64,000 bases of DNA from Malacoraja senta (lineage: Eukaryota). The notes beneath the pieces are model-generated. The model did not search any database, was not told the origin of the DNA, and saw nothing but the letters and a program-made list of their open reading frames with translations. Location of the stretch: assembly GCA_038087875.1 (NCBI GenBank), contig CM075985.1, forward strand, positions 22,258,001 to 22,322,000, written 5' to 3'. Positions 38,595 through 49,778 of the stretch are shown here, in pieces; positions within the stretch are counted from its first letter, which is position 1, and every line of letters begins with the position of its first letter. The translations under genes and the position numbers were made by a program.

Positions 38595-39140
38595 TCTCAA
38601 AAGCAATGTGCCCAGCACTTCAAAGCTGTTCTTTTGTTTTTTACATTGATTTCTGCCCGCAAGTCCAATCAGGTGATAGGGCTACAATAGTGAAATTCTA
38701 AGACATATTAATATCCCAAAGCTTGGTGTTCCCACATCTGGGCCTTAGGAAGACATTCCCTGGATTCAGCACAGGAGCAGAGGATCATCAAGAACATTAG
38801 CCCTGAATGATGGGCAGGTATATTACACCCCTGAGAAGCACCGGTCCACACTGACACAACAACCTGCTCAAAGGAACAGCAAACATAAGAGACACCTCAG
38901 ATGCACCGAACCTCATGAGTGTACAAAATATGTTGATTCTAAAGAAAAGATTTTTTCAGATATTACATTTCTTTAAAAATCAAATATCTGATTTATATGA
39001 ACTGAGTCCTGATGTAAGTAAGATAAGAGTGCAAGGCGAGCAATCTGTCATGGTACCCAGTCATTTGTTTTGAAATTGGTTGATGGAGATATCCAATTTA
39101 AGACACGTAGCTCATACAGCACAGAAAAGGTCCACTGGCC

Positions 39141-39248
39141 CACCCCGGCCATGCCAGACACCCCGCCCACGCCAGACACCCCGCCCATGCCAGACACCCC
39201 GGCCATGCCAGACACCCCGCCCATGCCAGACACCCCGCCCAGGCTAGA
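39141..39248. repeat. 18-bp minisatellite, 6 copies (CACCCCGSCCATGCCAGA)
   Basis: Direct reading; lies in a minus-strand SINE/CR1-type 3' tail. Confidence 0.95.
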
Positions 39249-39329
39249 CATTAGACACCCAGTTACACCAATCCTTCTTTTCCTCTAATATTCCAATCAG
39301 TTCCCTTCTGGTTCTCCTGCTACCCAATG

Positions 39330-39555
39330 GCTCGAGCAGCAATATTTTGTCGCAAATTAACTGACCATCCAATAGAACACTGGCACCAGGGAGGAAAGTT
39401 GAGCACCCATGGGAAACTCATATGGTCACAGGGAGAACACAGACAGTATCAATGGGGCTATTCCTGTGCTGTACTGTTTATGTGCTATGTTCTATGTTCT
39501 ACCCAAGGTTAGGATTGAACCCATGTCACTGGAGCTGTGAGGCAGCAGCAACGCG
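39330..39555 (-). mobile_element. Decayed HE1/V-SINE-like SINE
   Basis: Reverse-complement head (GGTTCAATCC B-box) and V-like core. Confidence 0.6.
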
Positions 39556-39907
39556 CCTTCTTGTTCTGCATTGTCACTTTCTCCCCACACAATTTTAAAA
39601 TGTGGTAAATAGTTCATCTGCTAGACAGCAAAGTAAAAGCTAGCACTCTTACCTATTACTGATTAGCCAGTCAGCTGAACGGTCAGCTTGTCCTTGGCAG
39701 GGAATGGCACATCAAAGGAAGCCGCTTATTTTGAAGCATGTTTCAAAGCACAGTAGCTATCACAGGAATTAGGCTTATCAGGAATTTGGCATCTTATGAA
39801 GCAACAAGGACACACTATTTCATGGCTGGAGGCAGTGCAAATTTGTTTTAGTACCAAGCCAGAATATGAACTGATCTGTAAAACCAAGCTATGAACTGAG
39901 CTGCAGC

Positions 39908-40420
39908 GAATAACAAAGTGCTGGACGAACTCAGCGGGTCAGGCAGCATCTGTGGAAGCAGAGACCCTGCAGTAGGACCGAGAGTGTGGTGGGGAGAGAG
40001 ACAATATAAAGAGGTGAGGGGGAGAGGTGTGAAGGCTCTGGCAGGCAATAGATGGATCCAGGTGAGGAGAGGGATGATAGGCAAGTGGAGCCAGGTGGGT
40101 GGAGGAGAGGGGGACAGAGGGACAGAGACTGTAAGGTGATGAGTGGAGACTATAAAGGACTGCAAATTCTAGATTCTATTAACTATGGAAGGGTGATAAG
40201 TGGAAGCAGAGGAAGGAGGGTTGCAAGGCAGATAAAACCATTGGGGAGTGTTTACGAGACGTATTGGAGTAATTCTGTAGGTGATGGGTAGGCTGAACCA
40301 GGTGGGGTTGGGGAAAGAAACTGGGTTAGAGAGGATTGTTGGAAAGAAGGGCAGGTGAGAGAACCTAGGTGGATCAGAAGGAAAGAGAAAGAACCCATGG
40401 AGCATGGGTTACATGGAACA
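39908..40420 (-). mobile_element. Decayed Penelope-like 3' region
   Basis: Terminal arm GCTGGACGAACTCAGCGGGTCAGGCAGCATC followed by a purine-rich tract, like the reverse of 47145-47335. Confidence 0.55.
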
Positions 40421-40888
40421 TTTCAGCTGCATTCCTATTAGCACAGTGACTTGGCATTTGGTTAATACTCTAATAAAAATTGAAAGATGAAAGATTAGTG
40501 TCTTAAAAAGTTAATTCTGCAATTGTCTCCATATGATTTGCTGAATAGTTGGAGGTTTAACTTTATTGTTTTGGATAGCATTAGTTTGGAGTCAATTTAT
40601 CCCTTAAAAAGAACTGCACACACTCACATGTAGAAATGTAATCTATTTCTATCTTTATACTATTTAGGTTCACTATTAGAGTGCGATCAGTAAATTTTTA
40701 TAAGCATCAGCCCTTGTTGTCCATCGATGGGAATCTTTATCCTGCATCTTATTGACGTTTTGTTAATATATATCCTGCAGCTCCTTATATATATCTGATA
40801 TGCCCCATTCAACTGAATGGAGTTGCCTATCTATATTTGATTAAACTTATATATTTCCATATATCTGGAATTTAAAAATATATATGTA

Positions 40889-41591
40889 CTAGACTAAGTG
40901 GGACCCATTGGGGCCCAGCATCACACGGGAGGGCTGGTCCCCCAACGCAATATTCCACATCTCCACCAATTCCAATATTGGTGGCCAGTGGGGGGGGGGG
41001 GGGGCTTTCTGGAGCGCTAGCACGGGTGTCGTGGGCTGAAGGGACTGGTTTCCAGAGGGCTAGTATGGACATTGTGGGCCAAATGGATTCTTGGGCTGGC
41101 GGCTCAGTCACTCAAGCCTGTTGTGCTGGCAGCTCACTCACTCATGGCTGGTGGGCTGGCAGTTGACTCACGGCTATTCCTTCAAATTCCATTTCAAGCA
41201 GGGTGCAAGGCCACCAAATTCAATTGCAGTTTCTTACCACTTCAAGCAAGGTGCAAGGCCACTAAAGACAGCGAGTCATGACCTCTCCCTCCACCATCTT
41301 GCAGAGACTGACCCACACCCACACTTCTGGGTTTTATAGTCCCTCCCCCCTCCCACCAGAAGGGGCGTGGCCTTCATGGCGCGATTGACAGGAGAGAGAA
41401 TCTCAACATTTTTAAAACACTAATAACTCTTTTAATTTTCATGGATGGGAAAAATCTTCGGTACCAGATGAGTGGAGGGGGACTCTGAGTAAGATGACCA
41501 AAAATCACAGCCGTACTTGGTAGTGTTTTTTTTTAAATCAATATAAAGCGCAAACAGGAAGTGGTCAAGATTAGACTTTTAATTATATAGA
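40889..41591 (-). mobile_element. Non-autonomous Helitron (same family as 43711-45318)
   Basis: Minus strand reads TCTATATAATTAAAAGTC ... GGGCCCCAATGGGTCCC-ACTTAGT-CTAG|T; both ends homologous to 43711-45318. Confidence 0.85.
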
Positions 41592-42164
41592 AGGCAAGGC
41601 AACTTTAATTAGGCAAGGCAACTTTAATTATATAATTTTTAAAAATCCATATATATATGGAAATATGTATATGTTATATTATATTTATATTCAATTTTTG
41701 TCAACATTTGAGTCAAGTCCCTTCTGCAGCCAATCACAAGTACTCTCACCAACAAGAGTTCAGTCTGAAGAAGGGTCTTCTCTCCAGAGTCCCTGCCTGT
41801 CCCGCTGAATTACTCCAGCGGGACAATTTTCAATTCAATTTTTCAATTTTTATCAACATTTTTTCTATTGATCAATATTTTCTTGTCATCAGAGACACTT
41901 AGGAATATCTGAAAAGACCATTGACACCATGAGTTGTCATTAGGGTGGTCTGAGGGTGGGTTCTCAGCAGTGATGGAAATGGGTTTTAGGAACTAGGGGT
42001 ACTCTAAGGTCCGTGCGGCTTAGGTTGGGAAGGAAAGGGGGGGGGAGGGGATTTTTTTTAATGTGCGGTCATACCCATGTAAGAGTACAAGAATGCATAA
42101 CTTGTTTATTGTGTATTTATAATATTGTTTATTGTGCATTATATGCCATAGCTGCTTTCTTGCA

Positions 42165-42195
<31 letters not shown>

Positions 42196-42240
42196 GTTGG
42201 CTGCAGCCATCGTCTGCTTCGGTGAGGGAAGCAGGTCGGT

Positions 42241-42425
42241 GATTGATTGGAGAATGTGTCTGATTGGCTGGCGAGTGACCAGCGCATTATGTGATTGGAC
42301 ACAATGGCCTTGGAGACAGCGGCTGAGTGGACGGGAGGAGACCGATTGGTTGATTGGACGGGAATTTTAAGGGAAGCTGGTCGGTGATTGGACGCAACCC
42401 CCTTATAGACAGCGGTTGATTGGCT
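42241..42425. promoter_or_regulatory. Cluster of seven ATTGG (CCAAT-box) motifs
   Basis: ATTGG at ~42246, 42263, 42294, 42345, 42353, 42387 and 42419; function not shown. Confidence 0.35.
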
Positions 42426-42517
42426 GCCAAATAATCGGCACAAAAAATTGACAAATAGGAAAACAATAAAATCGGAATTATGATTTAAATCGGAAGAATA
42501 TCATGCCTGATCTGCAG

Positions 42518-42549
42518 CAAAGATACCAGTACCCGCTCTGGTATCTTTG
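42518..42549. mobile_element. 32-bp micro-MITE
   Basis: Perfect 12-bp TIR CAAAGATACCAG / CTGGTATCTTTG, 8-bp spacer, perfect TSD ATCTGCAG at 42510-42517 and 42550-42557. Confidence 0.8.
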
Positions 42550-43097
42550 ATCTGCAGTTCCTTCCTATTGAAGAAGAACCATGGCCCGAAACAACTCCTA
42601 ATCCATTCCCTCCACAGATGCTGCCTAGCCCGCTGAGTTCCTCCAGCACTCTGCGTTTTTTATTTAACTCTTGAAATTGAAGTTAGACATAAAGCTGGAG
42701 TAAATCAGCGGGACAGGCAGGGACTCTGGAGAGAAGACCCTTCTTCAGACTGAACTGAACTCTCGTTGGTGAGAGTACTTGTGATTGTCTGCAGAAGGGT
42801 CTTGGTTCGAAATGCCACCCAATCCCCAGAGCCGCCGCCTGTCCCACTAGCCACCCCAGCCCCCCCACCCCCCCCCCCCCGTGCCCACCTTCAACTCCAG
42901 AGCCAAACAAAAAACACAGTGCTGGAGGAACTCAGCGGGCCAGGCGGCACCCACGGAGGGAACGGACCAGGAGCTGCCACGGGCCAGGGTTCCCCCCACC
43001 CAGGAACCGCAGATGCAGCCGACCCCGCAAAATGCCAAATTATTCCGGGAATGCCGAGGCGAGAGGGTGAGAGAGAGGGAGTGAGAGAGCGAGAGAG

Positions 43098-43493
43098 ATC
43101 CAAAGGACGGATTCGGATCCCAACTACGCCTCGCTGAGACCTCGCCAGAAGTTTCAAACCTACGGCCCCCTCCAGTACGAGCCACGTGGACCAAGATACC
43201 ATGTTGTAAACAACCACGTTCGCTACTTTGACTGGGAATTTGCGTTCCACCACATTCCCGCCAGCGGTTTACAGCTCTTTGATATCCATTTCAGGAAGGA
43301 GCGGGTGGTCTACGAGTTGAGCGTCCAGGAGGTGAACTCCATTTACTGCAGAGAGACGATAGGTCTGATGAGGGCCAAGTTCTTAGACAGTCATTATGGA
43401 ATTGGGAAAAGTTCCAATGATCTGGTGAAAGACATGGACTGCTCTTACAGCGCTACTTTCCTCCACACTCTCCATCTCATGGAGACTGGAAAC
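43098..43493 (+). pseudogene. Copper amine oxidase (AOC2/AOC3/AOC1 family) gene fragment
   Basis: Manual translation (frame open 43071-43520): ...NYASLRPRQKFQTYGPLQYEPRGPRYHVVNNHVRYFDWEFAFHHIPASGLQLFDIHFRKERVVYELSVQEVNSIYCRETIGLMRAKFLDSHYGIGKSSNDLVKDMDCSYSATFLHTLHLMETG. This parallels recalled vertebrate AOC3 sequence (PLQFYPQGPRF...W.F.F...[23 protein letters not shown]...GVDCPYLAT). It ends before the TPQ NYD motif. Confidence 0.85.
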
Positions 43494-43609
43494 CAAAGAT
43501 CCTATAGCGGAGCAAGATAGTCCACTCGACAAAAAAGCTGTGGTAGGATCATGGGTAATCTTCAGCACCATTTCCGTAACCGGCTTCCATCTCCGCTCTA
43601 GTATATTTG
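43494..43609. mobile_element. 116-bp TIR element truncating the AOC fragment
   Basis: TIR CAAAGATCCTATAGCGGAG vs reverse complement of right end CAAATATACTAGAGCGGAG (16/19); no matching TSD. Confidence 0.65.
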
Positions 43610-43710
43610 CTTTGGTCATGGCTTCTTCATGCACAAATCATCTTTTTGTTTCTCAGCTGCAGGTGATCATTTTGATATTCCTGCCTAGTCTTCCTTATTA
43701 ACTTTGAACA

Positions 43711-45318
43711 TCTATATAATTAAAAGTCCCATCTTGACCACTTCCTGTCTGCGCTGTATATTGATTTTAGAAAAAATGCTACCTTTTATGGCTGTGATTT
43801 TTGGCCATCTTACTCTTAGTCCTCCTCCGCTGTGCAGGCCCCGAGTATTTTTCCGATCGATTAAAAATAAAAGTGTTATGAGTGTTTAAAAAACCTTGAG
43901 ATCCTCTCTCCTGTTAATCACCGTGATGAAGGTAACGCCCCTTTTAAGGGGGGGGGGGCAGGACTATAAAACCCCAGATGCCTGGACATGACTCAGTCTC
44001 TCTGCAAGATTGCGAGGGAGAGGCCACGACTCTCATTCTGCTGTGAATCAACTGAACTGTAAGTCTGCAATGTACTTGAATAAATGATTTGTTAGCCCTT
44101 AATGAAAATGAAATGAGTTGTTTGGCCCGCCCTGTGCTTTGAAACTGCAATGGCAATGGAAGTGAAATGAAACTGCAATGAGCTGTTTGGCCTGCCCAGT
44201 GCTTGAAACTGCAATGGCAATGGAAGTGAAATGAAAATGCAATGAGCTGTTCGGTCTGCCCTGTGCTTGAAACTGCAATGGCAATGGAAGTGAAATGAAA
44301 ATGCAATGAGCTGTTCAGCCTGCCCTGTGCTTGAAACTGCAATGGCAATGGAAGTGATGAAAATGCAATGAGCTGTTCGGCCTGCCCTGTGCTTGAAACT
44401 GCAATGGCAATGGAAATGAAATGAAAATGCAATGAGCTCTTTGGCCTGCCCTGTGCTTGAAACTGCAATGGCAATGGAAGTGAAATAAAAATGCAATGAG
44501 CTGTTCGGCCTGCCCTGTGCTTGAAACTGCAATTGAAATGGAAATGAAATGAAAATGCAATGAGCTGTTTGACCTGCCCTGTGCTTGAAATTGAAATGAA
44601 ATGAAATGAGTTGTTTGGCCTGCCTGAAACCACTAATTTTGGCCCACAAGGCCCATATTAGCCGAGAAACCAGTGCCTTTTGCCCAAAATGCACGTATTA
44701 ACCCAGGAGGAGCATTTTGGCCCAAAAGGCCTGTGCCAGGCCAGGAAAAGTCCAGAAAAAGTGCCTTTCACTGAGATTTCACTCAGATTTATTTTAAAGA
44801 GCCCCTTCTGCCCATCAGGCCTGTACTAGCCCAGGAGGTCCCTTCGGCCCATCAGAAAGTATTCCCCCTGCAAGTATTAAACCTCATCTCAGTATTTTTC
44901 TCCCTCCCTTCATTGGCTCCGTGTGAGATCCAGGCCAGGATAGACTTTCATCCTTCATTGCTGTAATCTGCAGAAAAAGATGAAAAATGACTAAAATTGA
45001 TTCTCCACCCTCTCCCCCTTCTCTCTCACAGAGTCTCTCACCTGTTTTTGGCAGAATTTCTGGCAGTTTCTGAGCTGCCAGCCCACCAGGCATGAGTGAC
45101 TGAGCTGCCAGCCCAAGAATCCATTCGGCCCACAATGTCCATAATAGCCCTCTGGAAACCAGTCCCTTCGGCCCACAACACCCATACTAGCGCTCCGGAA
45201 AGCCTCCCCCCCCTCCCACTGGCCACCAATATTGGAATTGGTGGAGAGGTGGAATATTGCGTTGGGGGACCAGCCCTCACGTGTGAAAATGGGACCCAAC
45301 GGGTCCCACTTCGTCTAG
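43711..45318 (+). mobile_element. Complete non-autonomous Helitron
   Basis: A|TCTATATAATTAAAAG...GGGACCC-AAC-GGGTCCC (45291-45307)...CTAG|T; inserted between A and T with no TSD. Confidence 0.92.
44100..44630. repeat. ~64-bp minisatellite, ~8 copies, inside the Helitron
   Basis: Unit GCCCTGTGCTTGAAACTGCAATGGCAATGGAAGTGAAATGAAAATGCAATGAGCTGTTCGGCCT. Confidence 0.95.
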
Positions 45319-45610
45319 TACAAAATATTGCTATTAGGAAGGAGTTCCATAAAATCCTGCACCCACTCAAGCCATCCCCCCACCCCCCTCTCCCCTTCCC
45401 TCCGACACAGACACGGAGCGATTGCCGGCACCCTTTTTTTTGTTAAACATCTATTTCCTTCGAGTGTTTTTTAAAAATGTCCCCCTGGCATGACCCGTTT
45501 GATGTCATCCTTCGCCCTGCTCCTGGTCTCGACCCGCACCGATCTGCCAGACATGCTGTGTGTGTGTGTGTGTTTGGCGCAGTCTGAGGGGAGAAGCGCC
45601 GGCACCAAGA

Positions 45611-45895
45611 GCGAGCGAACGTGCGGACAGACGGACGAAAGCAACGATCATAGAGCGGAATAGGTGACATTTCGGGTCGAGACCCTTCTTCAGCCTGACA
45701 GTCAAGGGAAAGGGAAACGGGAGATATAGGCATATCTTCCATTCATTTGTCCTTAGTACCGTCTATATGTCTTTGTTCCTCTTTCCCCTGATTCAGTCTG
45801 AAGAAGGGTCTTGACCCGAAATGTCACCTATTCCGCTCTGTGATCGTTGCTTTCGTCCGTCTGTCCGCACGTTCGCTGTCCGCGCGTTCGCTCGC
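45611..45895. repeat. ~285-bp palindrome with two oppositely oriented hammerhead cores
   Basis: Arms ~45611-45730 and ~45760-45895; cores at 45666-45693 (-) and 45798-45825 (+). Confidence 0.85.
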
Positions 45896-46315
45896 CCTTG
45901 GATTAAGTAGCGCAGGATAAAGCTGCGAATTCATGCACAGGATGGAAACTGGAAACTGAAAACTAGGGGAACACCGTCCCCCTGCGTACCCCCCCCCCCC
46001 CCCATTTCCATCACTGGTCCTCAGGCTCCAATGCCTACTTGCCTCTAGTCTCTCCACTTCATGGGAGGACAAAGTGAGTCTTCTGATCATTGCGAGGTGC
46101 ACATCACAAAAATGTTAGTGGGAATGTGGGAATGGGATGGGATACGTACTCAAGGCACAGGCTAAGCATTGTGTTCACCCAGTTGGTAGACAATAGGGGA
46201 AGATACAAAAGCAAAATATGGCTTTTGCTAGAAATCTGAAATTAAAAAAATGGAAAATGGAAATATCCAGGAGGTCACATGGGGATGAGGAGATAGCCAT
46301 GGGAATCAGTATCTG

Positions 46316-47335
46316 TACTACACCTCTTCCCACCCTGCTTCCTGTAAGGACTCCACCCCTACTCCCAATTCCTCCATCTACGCCGCATCTGCACCCAGGA
46401 TGAGATGTCCTCATTCTTCAAGGAACGGGGGTTCCCCTCTTCTCCTATAGATGAGTCTCTCACCAGGGTCTCTTCTATACCACGTGACTCTGCTCTCACT
46501 CCCCATCCCCCCACTCGTAACAAGGGCAGAATCCCCCTTGTCCTCACCTTCCACCCTACCAGCCGTCACATACAACAAATAATCCTCCATCATTTTCGCC
46601 ACCTCCAACGGGATCCCACCACTGGCCACATCTTCCCATTTCCTTCACTGTCTGCTTTCCGCAGAGACCGCTCCCTCCGTAACTCCCTAGTCATTTCATC
46701 CCTTCCTACCCAAACCACCCCTTCTCCTGGCACTTTCCCTTGCAACCGCAGGAAATGCTACACTTGTCGCTTTACCTTCCCCCTTGACTCCATTCATGGA
46801 CCCAAGCAGTCTTTCCAGGTGCGGCAGAGGTTCACCTGCACCTCCTCCAACCTCATCTATTGCATCCGCTGCTCTAGATGTCAGCTGCTCTACATCGGTG
46901 AGACCAAGCGTAGGCTTGGCAATCGCTTCGCCCAACACCTCCGCTCGGTTCGCATTAACCTACCTGATCTCCCGGTGGCTCAGCACTTCAACTCCCCCTC
47001 CCATTCCGAATCCGACCTTTCTGTCCTGGGCCTCCTCCATGGCCAGAGTGAGGATGACCATAAATTGGAGGAGCAGCACCTCATATTTCGCTTGGGCAGT
47101 TTGCACCCCAGCGGTATGAACATTGACTTCTCTAATTTCAGGTAGTCCCTGCTTTCTCCTTCCCTTCTCAGCTCTCCCTCAGTCCCCTGTCTCTGCCTCT
47201 TCCTTTCTTCTTCCCTCCCCCCCCCACCCTCACATCAGTCTGAAGAAGGGTCTCGACCTGAAACGTTGCCTATTTCCTTCGCTCCATAGATGCTGCCTCA
47301 CCCGCTGAGTTTCTCCAGCATTTTTGTCTACCTGT
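46316..47335 (+). mobile_element. 5'-truncated Penelope-like retroelement (RT thumb end, GIY-YIG endonuclease, 3' UTR)
   Basis: ORF 46405-47145 with NLIYCIRCSRCQLLYIGETKRRL..RF..H, VAQHFN and GMN motifs; upstream YTSSHP..CK motif. Confidence 0.92.
47240..47267 (+). ncRNA. Minimal type I hammerhead ribozyme motif in the Penelope 3' region
   Basis: CTGAAGA-A-GGGTC-TC-GACCT-GAAA-CGTT. Confidence 0.7.
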
Positions 47336-49159
47336 CAAAAAGAGTGTGTTTTTTTTGTGCTTTGACAACAACCTTTCAAAACCTTGTAGGATAATTAGAA
47401 TGCAAATGCTTCAATCTTTACGTGAACACAATGGAATTATATTGGTAATTCTGCAAACACATATTAAAAATTCTCCCTCTTTGTTGAATCCAGTTTCATT
47501 GAAATTCATTGGGAGAATTTGCATCCCTGCCGACTGAAAATTTGATGCCGTCGAATAGTGGAAAAATGAAAAATCTGTCAAAAGGAAACAGATGCGAGCG
47601 AGCAAAGATCTTCCTAAAGCAAAATAGTTCTTACTGTTGCACAGTTGACACGTAGCGATAACACATTTCTTTCCAAATCTGTGTGACATACTAACAGATG
47701 GCTGTGAGGGTTCCCAGCTTTCAGCAGGAATCTGCTGAAGGTCTGGTCATTCAAAAGGTACGGAGTAGCCAGTGGAAGATTTGCGTCCACTGACGAGCAA
47801 ACATCTAGGTGGCATGCTGGGATGCAGAAATGTGCAGACAACACCTCAGCAGGTCCACAACAGATTCCAGCATCAATTCAACAGAGGCTTGTTCAGCCAT
47901 TTCAGAGTTACAGGCATGTCTAATCCAATCACGTTTAATTGCCTGCTGCCCGTCTACCTCCCATAAAGCAGAGTTTAGGAAGTTTAAAGCAAACTTCAGC
48001 TCATATTGCTCTTCCCTGTTGTTGTCCTCTCATTCTGTAAAACCAATCTGTCTCCGTCAGGCACACAGAACTAATCCTCTTTACTCTCCTCATCAAATCA
48101 ACCATTTTCTATGTTCATATCCTTTGAAGCAGTAACAAAAAAAAACAAAAGCATGCAGATCATTTACATGGTGACATGCAAAATCCTGAATATTTTCCAT
48201 TTGACAAACTGTACATTAACTGTTAGCAGTTTCCTCCACAGTCTGGAGGTCAGCTGGCCACACATCTCAGCTCAAACGACAGCCTGCTAATTGTGAAAAC
48301 ATTTGTTTAACATTTCTTCCGTTGTGTAAACTCAATTCCTGCTAAATGTTTATATGCAGCACATTTACTATTTATATTTTGATAAATAAAATCATACATC
48401 AAAATTCGATATATTCATATGATGGAATGATTTTGATATACATGAACTTTGGCACAGATGAATTTGGTAAAGATTGATCTACAGCAAATACATATGTACA
48501 CTTGTATTACATCATGTAATGAATCAATAAATTATGTGTTAAAATCCTACCTAAATAGTGATTTTTGTGGAAATTGTGGATTTTTACAATATTTGACACT
48601 ACCACAATTTTTTGATCCAAGACATGAAGCTGCTGTGGGAGAAGGGAGAAGATTGTTGGCACTCCGGCGGAACTATCTTCCCTGGTCACAAAAGGGGTGC
48701 CACATGGCAAGAGGACAACAAATGCGATACCTTTGCTGAAGAAGGTCAGCAGAAGAAGGCAAACAAATCGAACATCAATAGTGCGGAAATTATTGGAAAA
48801 AATCTGAGGTGCAGGGTTCATTCGCATTTGGAGAGACAGGGATTAATCAAGAATAACGTTTCTTTGTTAGGGGAGATCCAATCTGATTCATTTTACTCCA
48901 TTTTTCAATGTGACTACGTGTTGATGGGGGCAGAACAGTTCATGAAGTCTTCATCATCAGCAATAAGGCCCTTGACAGGATCTTGCATGAGAAACTGTTC
49001 CAAAGATGAGAACCCCAAAAAAAACAATGCAATTTGGCAAATTGGAACTGAAATTGGTTTGCAAATAGATGGCAGAAATTAATGATGGAGGATTATTGTT
49101 GTGAACTGCATTGGGATGTTTGCTGTTTGTTAATTTGATTGATTGAAATGTTATTGTAA

Positions 49160-49457
49160 GATACTGTTTGGAAACAGGCACTTCGGCCCACGGAGTCTAT
49201 GCTGACCATTGAACACCCGTTTATACTTATTCTATGTAATTGCACTTTCATATCCATTGCCTGCACACTGGGGGCAATTTACAGAAACAAATTAACCTAC
49301 AAACCCAGATGACTTTGGAATGTGGGTGGAAATTAGAGGATCCGGAGGAAGCTGTAGTCACAGGGATAACAACATGCAAACTCCATTCACCTGAGGCTAG
49401 GATCAAAACTGGGTGTCTGGCGTTGTGAGGCAGCAGCTCTACCAGTTGCACTACTGT
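49160..49457 (-). mobile_element. HE1/V-SINE-like SINE
   Basis: Reverse complement of the SINE family seen at 29353 and 34826. Confidence 0.8.
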
Positions 49458-49778
49458 GATTAGGAAATAATGGTAAGACGATCAGGAAAATGGTAGAAGG
49501 AATTTTCTGTGAAAATTCTGTGAAACATTCTGTGTGAATGAATGAATTCTGTGAAAAATCGGAGGCGTTTTTTGGAGGGGGAAATTAAGAAAGCTTGTAA
49601 ATACTCAATGTATATTGAGGTAGGACTCTCAGAAGTGCCGAGGAAGAAAGCAAGCTTCATACATATGTCCTCTGAAGGTAACAGCACAGTTCGATAAGTG
49701 GTTAAGAAATCAAACTATTCTGTGGTACCGAATCTGTGCTAAGAGCAGGTAGATTGTGGCACAACTATATAAAACAGT

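Noticed and set aside
39048-39288. MPDTPP-repeat protein
   Set aside because: Translation of an 18-bp minisatellite in a retroelement tail
43610-43700. Continuation of AOC coding sequence after the TIR element
   Set aside because: Translation shows no convincing CVFE or PLRRH-like motif
43944-44694. Repetitive ORFs or a CRISPR-like array
   Set aside because: Contiguous 64-bp tandem units with no unique spacers and no cas genes, in a eukaryotic context
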